Source: a virus (taxonomy: Duplodnaviria; Caudoviricetes). From it: 64,000 bases of DNA. Numbering within the stretch: position 1 is the first letter of the stretch; each line of letters begins with the position of its first letter. This document shows positions 20,017 through 29,791 of this stretch, piece after piece. Below the pieces are notes generated by a model. That model did no database searches, was not told the origin of the DNA, and saw only the letters and a list, made by a program, of their open reading frames with translations. A program made the translations under genes and the position numbers. The stretch lies in the IMG/VR virus record IMGVR_UViG_3300030433_001901, positions 39,767 to 103,766 of that record. One strand, 5' to 3'.

Positions 20017-21413
20017 TCTAACAACCCCGCCATTATTTCATCTAAGTCCACTATGCGCTCACGGAACTCCGTGGTCGCCCAATGCGCTAACGCGAGAGCA
20101 ATAGCAAAGTCATCGTGCCTACCAATGCTGTCAAGCCGACCCTTCTTGCTCATACCAAACATAAGCAACTCTCGCTCAAGTTCGGACATCAGCGTGCGAG
20201 AACGGTCGTCGCCCCACGGCAGACGGATTTGCTCTTTCTCAAAGCGCAATACCAAACCCATGAGAAGCGACTCGCGGCGTTGGCGTGTGGAAATAAATGT
20301 CTTGATAGGTAAATCTGTATCTGCGCGTAATTCAGTTGCGAACACACGCTGGAAGTTGTTTGCTTCAAGTTCAATCACATCGGGGTTAAACTTCGCGTTG
20401 AGTCTTTGAATCTCCATAATCTGCGTGCGGAAGTCCATATTCTTACGACGGATTGCGTGAACTAACTCAAGCAGTTCGGGATTAGTTGATGGACGGCGAA
20501 GCACCACCATTACAGTATAGTCAGCCGCTCGGTCGCTTGAAATCGCAGGGTCCCAACCAATGAAGTATTGGTCGTCGGGGTCGCCTACTTCGCGTTCAAT
20601 CAACTTCAATGATGAGTCTTTAGCGGCTTGAAGAATGGTTGATGGGAATAGACTTGATACATCGTCCATTGGTTCACAAAGATATTCACGCGCGAATGCT
20701 ATCGCTGGCATATCATTTCTGCGCGCATCTAATGATTCTAAATCCCAACGCTCCGGCCACAACGCTTCGCCTTTGACATTGATAGCCGGGTATGTTTCAA
20801 CAAGATAACCGTCGCGACTTTCAAGTTCTGTGTATAAATCAGTTGGAGTAAAGGGTGTCCCGACTATCATTAGTTTTGATGTGTGGTGGAGCGTCGGGAC
20901 AAGGACTTCATAAAACCATGATGCGACGCGAGCAAGTTCTGTGTCAGTTGTTCCCCACAGAATGTCGTCGCATAAAATAAGGTCGGGGTGAATACCACGG
21001 ATAGCACCACCAACTGACTTCGCGCTAATGTTAGAACCATTAGCAAAACCAAAAAATGTCTTTGACCAAGAATCCGGCTTCTTCATTTTAGCAAGAAACG
21101 GCACACTATCAATCAAATCATTAAGTGTTCTCATGTGGTGTATAGACTGGTGAAGACTGTGTGAAATCAATACCGCTTTGGTCTTTGGATTAAACGCTGT
21201 TTTCCAAAGCATATAACCAAGAAATAGCGTTGACTTGCCGTGGTCACGCGCCGCTTTTACACAGTATCTTTTACGCGACTCAAGATTGTTGAACCACTGT
21301 TCGTGATGCCACGATAGTTGAAAACCAAGTATTTCTTCAAAGAAGAACTTGAAATCACGCTTCGCTACCTCAAAGTCAATTTCTTCAATTGCTTCAAGTG
21401 ATAGCGACTGCAC
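20013..21413 (-). CDS. terL: Terminase large subunit
   Basis: Walker A ARDHGKST, Walker B LILCDD, coupling motif VGTP, nuclease IGWDPA and HDDFAIALALA. Confidence 0.95.
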   Translation of the reverse strand: MQSLSLEAIEEIDFEVAKRDFKFFFEEILGFQLSWHHEQWFNNLESRKRYCVKAARDHGKSTLFLGYMLWKTAFNPKTKAVLISHSLHQSIHHMRTLNDLIDSVPFLAKMKKPDSWSKTFFGFANGSNISAKSVGGAIRGIHPDLILCDDILWGTTDTELARVASWFYEVLVPTLHHTSKLMIVGTPFTPTDLYTELESRDGYLVETYPAINVKGEALWPERWDLESLDARRNDMPAIAFAREYLCEPMDDVSSLFPSTILQAAKDSSLKLIEREVGDPDDQYFIGWDPAISSDRAADYTVMVVLRRPSTNPELLELVHAIRRKNMDFRTQIMEIQRLNAKFNPDVIELEANNFQRVFATELRADTDLPIKTFISTRQRRESLLMGLVLRFEKEQIRLPWGDDRSRTLMSELERELLMFGMSKKGRLDSIGRHDDFAIALALAHWATTEFRERIVDLDEIMAGLLD

Positions 21414-21419
21414 ACACCA

Positions 21420-23108
21420 TCACCTAATATCTAACCCTTTCAATAATGAATCCCATGATGCTTCGTGATTATCTTCACTTAGATTCATTGCTCCTATATC
21501 CGCCATTTCACTTGCCATATCGGGATTATCAAATACAAATTCTTCTTCTGCTTCTTCAACAATCTTTTTTGCATCGGGATTACCTTGCTTCGCGGCTTGG
21601 TCAATAGCCTTTGCTTGTGCCGGAGTATAACCCATTTCCATTAAAGCCGCTTCAACAGCCTTTCCTGTTTTACCACTAAACTTACCAGCGGCAGTCATAC
21701 CTTCCGTTCCTACACCACCTTGCAACATGGCTTGCATTGCATCTTCGTAATTAGCGAATGGGGTTTTTTGGTGTTGAGCATACACTTTATCTAACCCACC
21801 CGCGACTCTATCACCTGCGGTTGCACCTAATTTCATACCAGCGTCGCCAGCAAACCTTTGTCCAAATGTTGGTTCAGTCGCCGTAGCGGTTTCCGGTTCA
21901 ACCTTCATTGGTTGCCCCGCGTCTTGTGGTGGTGTTCCTGTTTCGGGTCCTTCTCTATTTTCATTTATGTATTCTTCAACGGATTGACCGGAGCGTGGGA
22001 ATTGCGGTGTTGTTCCTGTTTGCGGCTCGTTGAATACAAATTCTTCTTCTTCTTCCTTCGGCACTATATCAGTATCAGCCGCTCGCTCCGCTTCGGGTGT
22101 TGGTGCTTTCGGCATTGCTGGTGGCTCCGGTTCTTTTTCCGGCACGACATTAGAAGGCGCGTATGCCGCTCCTTCTCGTTCTGCTTGATTCCTTGCTCGT
22201 CGCTCATCACCGCGTCGCTTCATACCAGCGAAGAAACCTTCTTTTGGTTGTTCGCGTCTTGCACCTATGTCTTTGATTTCTTGTCGCATAGCGTCTTGAG
22301 CAGTCATAGTTGGGTTGCCTTCACTATCGGTTGGGATATTGATGTTGTAGTCGCGAGCAAGTTGTTGATTGATGGCTCCACGCGCTCTATCCATGTTTTC
22401 ATCAAAGCCTTGACTACCCGGAACATTTCTGCGTTCTGCGTCGTCAACTTGTCGCTGTCCGCGACCAAGACCAGTTTCAAGTGCATTTCTTCGTGCTTCA
22501 TCTTCGCTCCTTGCGCGGCTATCTCTAAATGATTGCATAGCGGCTTGTGGGGCATGTCGTAAGTCGCTAATTCCACGACCAACCTTACCCATGAAATTAC
22601 CCATGCGTTGTCGCATACCTCCTTCTTTAGAAGTGTCGGCGGCTCTTGCGGCTCTTCGGTCCTTCATTCCTTGAAAGATATTCTTACCCGCTTGCATAGC
22701 GGCTTGGCCGTAAAAACCAGCACCCGCTAAATCTCCAACTTTGGTGCTACCACCACGGACTGCTTCACCTGCTTGCGCAGAACGCATAGCGCGGTTTGCT
22801 TGCTTCACCGCTCTTGGGTTTGGTGCGACAGCAGTTCCCGCCGCCGGAACAGCAGGTCTAAATTGTTCATTAGGCATACCGAATATCGGTTGTTGTGGAA
22901 GATTCTTCCGAATGATGTCGGGGTGAGAGTTGTCGCGCTCCGCGACAGCCTTGATGAGAGGTTCCCAACTGTTGTCTTGGACATCAAACATAACATAGTT
23001 CATGTCCGCGACGGTGCCGCCTTTTGCAAAAATAAATTCCATAGTCCCTAAGTCGCGACCGTGTTCCAGCATACTACTATTCCATTCTATTTCCCATGTT
23101 TCAACCAT
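21420..23108 (-). CDS. Low-complexity putative internal virion protein with two EEEFVF motifs
   Basis: Start ATG 23108 after GGAGGTG; Ala/Gly/Gln/Arg-rich; ends SWDSLLKGLDIR. Confidence 0.65.
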   Translation of the reverse strand: MVETWEIEWNSSMLEHGRDLGTMEFIFAKGGTVADMNYVMFDVQDNSWEPLIKAVAERDNSHPDIIRKNLPQQPIFGMPNEQFRPAVPAAGTAVAPNPRAVKQANRAMRSAQAGEAVRGGSTKVGDLAGAGFYGQAAMQAGKNIFQGMKDRRAARAADTSKEGGMRQRMGNFMGKVGRGISDLRHAPQAAMQSFRDSRARSEDEARRNALETGLGRGQRQVDDAERRNVPGSQGFDENMDRARGAINQQLARDYNINIPTDSEGNPTMTAQDAMRQEIKDIGARREQPKEGFFAGMKRRGDERRARNQAEREGAAYAPSNVVPEKEPEPPAMPKAPTPEAERAADTDIVPKEEEEEFVFNEPQTGTTPQFPRSGQSVEEYINENREGPETGTPPQDAGQPMKVEPETATATEPTFGQRFAGDAGMKLGATAGDRVAGGLDKVYAQHQKTPFANYEDAMQAMLQGGVGTEGMTAAGKFSGKTGKAVEAALMEMGYTPAQAKAIDQAAKQGNPDAKKIVEEAEEEFVFDNPDMASEMADIGAMNLSEDNHEASWDSLLKGLDIR

Positions 23109-24873
23109 TGATTGCACCTCCGCAAGACCTCTTGATAGCGCGAACCACATCGTGGGTAGTGTTAAAGGATTTCGCTATAACCCCCCAATCACCAAGCGAC
23201 ATAGCAATCGCGCGAACATCAATACTTGACATGCCAACATCTTGACCCAATTTCTGCATATCAAAATTATCCATAGGGTCATATTTCACTAACAAAGAGC
23301 CACCTGCATCATGCATTTGCACGCGCTCCATGATAGTCGCGATGATACCCATTGGGTCGTCATCGGAGAATTGAAAACTTGATGGGTCAAAGTAAGGATT
23401 GAATGATGGATTGATTTGTGGTTGAACTGGTGCTGGCGGTAGTGGCTCTTGTGTTGACAGCGCGGGTGGTGGTTCGCTCATAGGCATATCCGATACAATA
23501 GGTTGAGGTGGTAATACATCAGCAGTTGAACCACCGCTCAAATGTTCGGGGAATGATTCGTATATGTGTTTCATATCACTTGCGAAATTACCTCTCATCG
23601 CGTGTCTTTCATCAACACTACCAAGCGCGTCTAAATCAACTTTCTTACCACCCTCATTCAAAGCAATTTGTCGCCAACCATTTACTATACTTGGTGGCGG
23701 TGAACCAAATAAAGAATACTCGGCTGGCTCAACACCTAACTCTTGCGCTGTTTTCATCATTGCTAAAATTTCAACAGCCTTAGCGTTTCTTCCTCTATCT
23801 CCACCTTCAACCTCTCTTGCTATATGGCTTCGGTGATTAGCAAACATGTTATGCACATCTTCATCACTATTTATTCTTAGAACATTACGCATGTTGCGAA
23901 CTATCTTATTGACATTAGTTTCAGCACCTTCCGAGCCGCGCCCATATAACAATTGATTGATTGGTGCGCGAGCCATTGAGCGCGCGGTTGGTTGGTCATA
24001 GCCCATTTCTATTAATTGATTCATAACTTTCTTTGACATATTACCTTCTGTTGAAGGAACAAAGAAATCGGGAGGTAATATAGATACTATATCCATCGGA
24101 CTATACTTACCATAAGCGGCAGTTTGTGAATGTAAATCTTTGTAATGAGAAGGATATAATGTATTATCTCTATGAGTTGGAGGTCTGTCTTTTGAAGTAT
24201 AACGATGCGTTATACCTTGTGTTAATTGTTGTGGTTCAAGCACATTTTGTTTAGCACCAAGGACGCTTTCAACACCCATCTGTTCTGCTATATTACGGAA
24301 CTCTTTTTCAATATGAAAAGCCGCTGATTCAAGATGTTGTCCAAGTTGTTTATGTTGTTCATTTCGCGGGTGATTATTAATGACTTTACCATCTTTAGTT
24401 CTTGTTGCTCTCTTAGATGTTGGAACGCGGCGAGAAACATGACCTCCATAATGATTATTTTTATAATCGGGGTGCAATTGACCGTTCTCATCAAACTTCA
24501 TCGGTAAAACATTGAAATCATCATTGTGTTCGCGCTTGATTTTATTGAAGTCTTTTGTCGCATTATTGAATACAGTTTTTGCTACTCTCAACGCCGATGC
24601 TTCCGAAGCGGGTTTTCTTCTAATTCCGTTTTCATCTTTGTAGCCTTGCTCCATAAGTTCGCGTGCAAAAATACCAGCGGCTATTTCTATTGGGAATTTA
24701 CCGACTAAACCTTTACCTTCAAGTTCTTTGAACGGCTTTCCTGTTTTACTATTGATGTGAAAGTGTGATATATTTTCATGGTCGGAATCGGGAGGCGGAA
24801 ATGACATTGGGTGCATCATACCGTTCTCGTCCATATACCAAACTCCTTGGCCTTTCAAGATAATATCGCTCAA
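23101..24873 (-). CDS. Hypothetical (putative internal virion) protein
   Basis: 590 aa; begins MSDIILK/G; Pro-rich linker; HTH-like C-terminus. Confidence 0.6.
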   Translation of the reverse strand: MSDIILKGQGVWYMDENGMMHPMSFPPPDSDHENISHFHINSKTGKPFKELEGKGLVGKFPIEIAAGIFARELMEQGYKDENGIRRKPASEASALRVAKTVFNNATKDFNKIKREHNDDFNVLPMKFDENGQLHPDYKNNHYGGHVSRRVPTSKRATRTKDGKVINNHPRNEQHKQLGQHLESAAFHIEKEFRNIAEQMGVESVLGAKQNVLEPQQLTQGITHRYTSKDRPPTHRDNTLYPSHYKDLHSQTAAYGKYSPMDIVSILPPDFFVPSTEGNMSKKVMNQLIEMGYDQPTARSMARAPINQLLYGRGSEGAETNVNKIVRNMRNVLRINSDEDVHNMFANHRSHIAREVEGGDRGRNAKAVEILAMMKTAQELGVEPAEYSLFGSPPPSIVNGWRQIALNEGGKKVDLDALGSVDERHAMRGNFASDMKHIYESFPEHLSGGSTADVLPPQPIVSDMPMSEPPPALSTQEPLPPAPVQPQINPSFNPYFDPSSFQFSDDDPMGIIATIMERVQMHDAGGSLLVKYDPMDNFDMQKLGQDVGMSSIDVRAIAMSLGDWGVIAKSFNTTHDVVRAIKRSCGGAING

Positions 24874-26159
24874 CCTACACCACCTCTTCTAACATACAAA
24901 TCGTAAGGGTGCGCGCCCCATCGCGTAGCGTCGTCGTCGGGGTCTGTTTCTGTTGCACCTGTCGGGTTAGATGTCAAACCACCCGATGAATTAGGTGATG
25001 ATTTCTCATCAGCACCTTGCATGGATTTATCTTCTTTACGCATCAATCGGCGCAATAAATGATTGAGTTGGTCTATCAGTTGGCGATATTCAATGCGGTC
25101 GCGATGTGATATTCCTAATTTTAATTTCTGTGCGCGCTTATGCAAAAACTCTTCGGAAGCCAATATAGCATCTGTTGAACCAATACCACCCGCGGCCATA
25201 GCAGAAGCACCACCACCAGCAAGAGAAGTCGCTTCCGACGCTTCTTTCCCACCCGGTGTTGCGGCAGTTCTTGGTTGCCTTAGTGCTTTTTTGTGTGGTC
25301 TTGAATCTCGCGAACCGCGTGGTGCGCGTGCTACCCTTGATTGAGGACTGACTGTGGGTATAGGAGGGGTGATGTCCTGTGTCGGTGTGTCTTGACGCAT
25401 AGCCTGTCGTAAGTCTTGCTCCACCTTTTTTTGCGGATTAGTGGCTGTTCTTGCTTGAGTTCTTCCTGTTGAGAAAGTCAAAAACCTTGGTCCTGTCGGA
25501 GAGGGTCTTCTTGAACCCATCAAACCAAATGAAACATAAGGTGCGCGAGCCGCTGTCATTGTTGAAGCGATGCTTGGTGTTCTTACATTCCCACCTTTGA
25601 GTCTTCTCTTTTTTGTGCTACGACTTCTTTTCGCACTTTCAGTATCTTTCATACCGTATTTCTTTTTACGCCTACCTTTTTTCGCACGCGCTCTTGCTTG
25701 TTGTGTTTCAAGCGTAGTAGTTTTCTTAGGCTTCTCGTCGTCGTATTTCGGCTCGTTTTTTTTGGCCTTGCGTATTGACTCAAAAGCATCATCAATGAAA
25801 GGTGCGGTTGATAACAACATATTCATTCCAGCACCACCACCAAAACTACCGCGAGGGTTTGCACCATCTATTGCCTCGTTTTGACCCACTTGACCGGATA
25901 GTTGACCAGCCTCGGCTTGCCTTTTCATGTCGCTATCTTCTTCATCATCGCGTTTTTGAGGTATTTTTATCTTCATGTGTTGAAGACCTTGCATCATTTT
26001 GGCGCGCTTTTCTTGCTTTTCGCGCTTTTTCGCATCATGAAGTGCGCGCTCTTCGGAATCTTCCCGACCTACATTAGAATCATCTTGTAATTCTTCCGCA
26101 CTTTGACGAGGATTGAAACGCATACCTGCGGTGCTACCTTCGGGTCCACCTACCATCAT
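24870..26159 (-). CDS. Basic, largely disordered protein
   Basis: 429 aa with a Lys/Arg-rich centre after DDAFESIRK/A. Confidence 0.6.
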   Translation of the reverse strand: MMVGGPEGSTAGMRFNPRQSAEELQDDSNVGREDSEERALHDAKKREKQEKRAKMMQGLQHMKIKIPQKRDDEEDSDMKRQAEAGQLSGQVGQNEAIDGANPRGSFGGGAGMNMLLSTAPFIDDAFESIRKAKKNEPKYDDEKPKKTTTLETQQARARAKKGRRKKKYGMKDTESAKRSRSTKKRRLKGGNVRTPSIASTMTAARAPYVSFGLMGSRRPSPTGPRFLTFSTGRTQARTATNPQKKVEQDLRQAMRQDTPTQDITPPIPTVSPQSRVARAPRGSRDSRPHKKALRQPRTAATPGGKEASEATSLAGGGASAMAAGGIGSTDAILASEEFLHKRAQKLKLGISHRDRIEYRQLIDQLNHLLRRLMRKEDKSMQGADEKSSPNSSGGLTSNPTGATETDPDDDATRWGAHPYDLYVRRGGVG

Positions 26160-26824
26160 TCATCACCCCCAATCAACTTGCCGCGAAGTCGCGCCCATAC
26201 TTCGGGGGACTCTTTCGCTAATTCAACTTTGAGTATGTTTATGGTCTGTGCGTTCATGGTTTCATTAGTATTACCAGCCGCGCGTTCTTGCACCCTCATG
26301 ATGTCTTTGACCGTTTCGCGAACTTCTTTGTGTAAAGATACTATGTTGCGAACATATTGTGGGTCATTCCGGTCTGCATCGTCAAGAAAATGACCTAATT
26401 CACCATTTATGCGTGATAAATTTGTTCTCAAACTCTCCATTTCTTTACCAGCCTCAACTATGATAATATCTGCCGCGCCTTTCTGCACTACTGGCTTAAG
26501 ATGATGTTTGAGATGATGATAAACGCTGGATTCGGGCATCTGTATATCTTGGGCTATTTCTTCAACGCTCATACTGGCGTTAAAATAAGCCATTTCTAAA
26601 TTTTCTCTTTTTGAGGATACACAAAAACCACATTCGCTATTACTACCCATGTGATATTCTCCCATGTGGTTGCGAAAATGCCTATCAGCGGTGCCTTCTC
26701 GCCACCCTTTATCTTTATCTAATTGCTTCGCTGTAATCAACCCAGCCTTCATCAATTCTTCCATACCGTCGCGGTCGGGGTCTTGACAGAACTTACAAGA
26801 GGCTCTTGATATACGCTCCGCCAT
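26156..26824 (-). CDS. Putative terminase small subunit (tandem Zn/HTH repeats plus coiled coil)
   Basis: Two CxxC...HTH...H-x3-H repeats followed by a helical oligomerisation-like segment; start ATG 26824; upstream of terL in the same operon. Confidence 0.55.
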   Translation of the reverse strand: MAERISRASCKFCQDPDRDGMEELMKAGLITAKQLDKDKGWREGTADRHFRNHMGEYHMGSNSECGFCVSSKRENLEMAYFNASMSVEEIAQDIQMPESSVYHHLKHHLKPVVQKGAADIIIVEAGKEMESLRTNLSRINGELGHFLDDADRNDPQYVRNIVSLHKEVRETVKDIMRVQERAAGNTNETMNAQTINILKVELAKESPEVWARLRGKLIGGDE

Positions 26825-26862
26825 AGCAAAGACCAAGTAGTGGTAGCAAAAGAGTCTTTCCC

Positions 26863-27171
26863 ATGAGAAAGAGATTGAAACGCGCACCAAAAGTAGGCGG
26901 AGTTCCAATCTCATTAGGAACTGCTAAGAGTCTTTCGCGAGCCGCGGCTGATTTAATCACAAATCAGCGCGCGGACTTGACAGAAAGGGAGCGTCGCTAC
27001 AATATTTGCTTAACATGCCCCGAAAGAAACCACGATAGATGCAGTCTTTGTGGTTGTTTCATCAAGACAAAAACTATTTTTAAAAACAGCGAATGTCCTA
27101 TCGGTAAATGGTCAACCTTGTTGACCGAGCCGACGATAGACGATACCGCTTGCACTAAAAGAGAGGAATAA
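26863..27171 (+). CDS. Cys-rich protein (DUF6171-like)
   Basis: RYNICLTCP..RCSLCGCFIKTKT..CPIGKW; the only convincing plus-strand gene in the late arm. Confidence 0.65.
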   Translation: MRKRLKRAPKVGGVPISLGTAKSLSRAAADLITNQRADLTERERRYNICLTCPERNHDRCSLCGCFIKTKTIFKNSECPIGKWSTLLTEPTIDDTACTKREE

Positions 27172-27345
27172 AGCACCTATAACCCAACTTAAGTCCTTTG
27201 ATGACATCTGTGGGCCGGAGAAAACCAAAATTAAGAAGCAACCAAGTGTCAAAGCAATAAGTTGAACCATAATCATATCAACAATAACAGACTTACGCAA
27301 GTTAGTCATATCACTAATAGTGTTGTAAATAGAGCCAATATCCAT
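27112..27345 (-). CDS. Small two-TM membrane protein (holin-like topology)
   Basis: Two hydrophobic helices and a basic C-terminus; ATG 27345 after GGAGG. Confidence 0.65.
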   Translation of the reverse strand: MDIGSIYNTISDMTNLRKSVIVDMIMVQLIALTLGCFLILVFSGPQMSSKDLSWVIGALFLSFSASGIVYRRLGQQG

Positions 27346-27346
27346 A

Positions 27347-27928
27347 TTATCTTCCTCCTGTTGTGACACCGCGAAGGAATGAACCTATACCACCGCCAAC
27401 ATTTTGCATCAATCCGGGGTCGGCCATAGCATCATTCAACATATTTTGCATCAAACTTTGATTTGCGAGGTTAACCATTTGCTGAAACTCCATAGATTTT
27501 TGTTGAACATTGTTTGACGCGTTGTTTAGTAATTGAGTTTGCGACATGGTTACGCTATCAACAGTCGGCATTCCTTGAACTCCGCTAAAATCAAACTTAT
27601 ATCCATCTCCGTCTTCAACTAAACGCGCGTCTTTAAGCAAAGTATTCATTGATACTGCGACTAAACTACTCAAAAGTGATACAAGCATATTCATATTGGA
27701 ACCGTTGTTATCGGATAACCACTTATCTATCATTGGATTTGTTGTTATCATCGCGGATAATATCTCCATCTCGCTCGGAGGTGCTTGATATTGGAATCCA
27801 TACTGTTGTTGACCCCATTGCTGTTGTCCTTGTGCGGCAACTTGTTGTTGTCCGTTAGGTAATCCAAGATTCAAAGCACCATTTTGTTGCTGGTTTTGCT
27901 GATTATTGTTGTTAGACCACCACGCCAT
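27347..27928 (-). CDS. Asn/Gln-rich protein with amphipathic termini
   Basis: MAWWS followed by an N/Q tract; C-terminal GLMQNVGGGIGSFLRG. Confidence 0.65.
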   Translation of the reverse strand: MAWWSNNNNQQNQQQNGALNLGLPNGQQQVAAQGQQQWGQQQYGFQYQAPPSEMEILSAMITTNPMIDKWLSDNNGSNMNMLVSLLSSLVAVSMNTLLKDARLVEDGDGYKFDFSGVQGMPTVDSVTMSQTQLLNNASNNVQQKSMEFQQMVNLANQSLMQNMLNDAMADPGLMQNVGGGIGSFLRGVTTGGR

Positions 27929-27937
27929 GATACCACC

Positions 27938-28822
27938 TCACGCGCTCCCATCATTTGATTCTGTCGGTAGTGGGAGAGGTGCTGATTGTTGTTGAGATTG
28001 ATGCATCGCGAGCGCATCATATAGCAATCTTGCGTTATTCCCTGCTTGAAATTGACGCATATCAAAGACAATCATTACTAAATCATTCATTCCTGTCGCG
28101 GCATTAGTTAGATGTGTGATAGGAATATTGTCTTGTTTGAGCATTTGAAAGAATTGTTCGTATTTTGACAGTATAGGAGGTGTGTTATCTTTCTTTTTTA
28201 TGCTATTTATCGGCACAGCAACGGTTGAAACACCTTTTTTCAACTTGGCTCTTAGTGTTCCGTTGTTGGCTTCTTGCTCTTTTTCTTCCTCTTTCTCCCA
28301 TTTACACAATAAATGATACAAATGTAAGTGTTCGGGACAGTATGTTCCGCGCATTTTACGCCCACTTGTGACATTTTCGCGCGCTACAAAGGCTTCAACT
28401 TCGCCCGTAACGGGGTTTTTGAAGTATAAATCCCACAAAGATTGACCAGTTTCTTCATCAATTACCTGCTCATATATGTTCCCTGCGTGCCGTAAAAGGT
28501 GTTCAATATCCGCTCCATCAATGACACAACGCATTGTATTGGTATTATATCGGTATTTTCCACCAAATAACCATCTTCGCGGCGAAAAAATGCTTCTTTT
28601 TGTCGGTTTTAGCAATTTATACGCCTGTTTTATGTCTTTTCTGCGCGCTTTTTTGGGATTCGGGTGTTGTGAAGGGTAAAAATTGACTTGCGGCACTTCA
28701 ATATGGTCACTTGCGTTGTTCATCGCGGCTTGCGCGGTGGCTTGTTGTTGCATTTGAGCATAACTCATCTGTGTCTGTGCGGCAAGGCGTAATAAATCAT
28801 TTTGAGGTGTATTTCCGAGCAT
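27938..28822 (-). CDS. Hypothetical protein in the GTPase cassette
   Basis: 294 aa; Gln-rich ends, basic/aromatic SIFSPRRWLFGG patch, YCPEHLH. Confidence 0.65.
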   Translation of the reverse strand: MLGNTPQNDLLRLAAQTQMSYAQMQQQATAQAAMNNASDHIEVPQVNFYPSQHPNPKKARRKDIKQAYKLLKPTKRSIFSPRRWLFGGKYRYNTNTMRCVIDGADIEHLLRHAGNIYEQVIDEETGQSLWDLYFKNPVTGEVEAFVARENVTSGRKMRGTYCPEHLHLYHLLCKWEKEEEKEQEANNGTLRAKLKKGVSTVAVPINSIKKKDNTPPILSKYEQFFQMLKQDNIPITHLTNAATGMNDLVMIVFDMRQFQAGNNARLLYDALAMHQSQQQSAPLPLPTESNDGSA

Positions 28823-28826
28823 TTTA

Positions 28827-29549
28827 TCACCAACTTAGCATTTCTATCATTGTTTTTTCCACATTCCAGCCAATTTTAGTCGCCATCATGCTAACACGAC
28901 ACGGAATACCCGCTTTTTGTAGTCTTCGCATGGCTGGGCGGTGCGCATCAAACACTTTATGTTCTCGCAAACGGTTAGATTGCCATAAAATGTTAGCATT
29001 ATCGTCCCACCATTCATCGGCTTTGTTCGCTACAAGCCATATTTGCTTTGGAGCGTAGCGTTTTCCTTTCAATCTTGATTTTAAAGAGCGATATTTCCAT
29101 CTTTTTTCTATCAATGAGTCAACAAGATACTCAAAACCACCCACCGCGTCAATAACTTGCGCACCATTTCCTTTCAAAACGCGCGTATCAGTCATAAAAA
29201 TAGCAATTTCAACCTGTCTATCAACCATATCATCAATCCATAGGTTCCAAAAACGCTGTTGACCGCCAATATCAGCAGAATGCACTACTCTTTTTTCTCC
29301 TTTCCAGCGAATACGCTTACGGCTTGCTTTAGGAAGCACATATCCACCACCAAATAACCGTTGAGCGTGCATAGTCCTTTCCTCTATATCGTCCATTTCA
29401 CCCGGTGTGCGCATAAATTGGTCAAGTGTTGTCTTACCGACTTGTGTTGGTCCATAAACGCCGATTCTGCGCGGTTTGAGGAAGTTGTATAGTTCGCGCC
29501 CATAAACAACTGCCCCCATAAGTGCGCTTCCAGCGAATGTAGCAACCAA
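28827..29549 (-). CDS. Arf-like small GTPase
   Basis: G1 GPTQVGKTT, G2 Thr (ERT), G3 DIGGQQRFWNLW, G4 NKAD, G5-like ATKIGWNV; hydrophobic/amphipathic N-terminal helix. Confidence 0.85.
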   Translation of the reverse strand: MVATFAGSALMGAVVYGRELYNFLKPRRIGVYGPTQVGKTTLDQFMRTPGEMDDIEERTMHAQRLFGGGYVLPKASRKRIRWKGEKRVVHSADIGGQQRFWNLWIDDMVDRQVEIAIFMTDTRVLKGNGAQVIDAVGGFEYLVDSLIEKRWKYRSLKSRLKGKRYAPKQIWLVANKADEWWDDNANILWQSNRLREHKVFDAHRPAMRRLQKAGIPCRVSMMATKIGWNVEKTMIEMLSW

Positions 29550-29786
29550 TCACCCCACCCAGCCGCGTATTTTTTCTAAAAACCAGTTAACAGTATTCTC
29601 CCAAACGCTAAAATCTGTTCCATATTCAAACCAAGATACCCCTAACGCTGATACAATACCGACAATTATACACAAAACCAACGCTTTACCACGCTCGTAA
29701 TATGTATCAAGCGTATTTTGTGTATGTAAAGCGCGTAGCGTGGCTTCTGTCGCATCATCGCTTGGGGTTTTGAATAACCAACCCAT
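29550..29786 (-). CDS. Single-TM membrane protein
   Basis: ALVLCIIVGIVSALGVSWF helix plus a Trp-rich amphipathic C-terminus. Confidence 0.7.
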   Translation of the reverse strand: MGWLFKTPSDDATEATLRALHTQNTLDTYYERGKALVLCIIVGIVSALGVSWFEYGTDFSVWENTVNWFLEKIRGWVG

Positions 29787-29791
29787 AGAAA

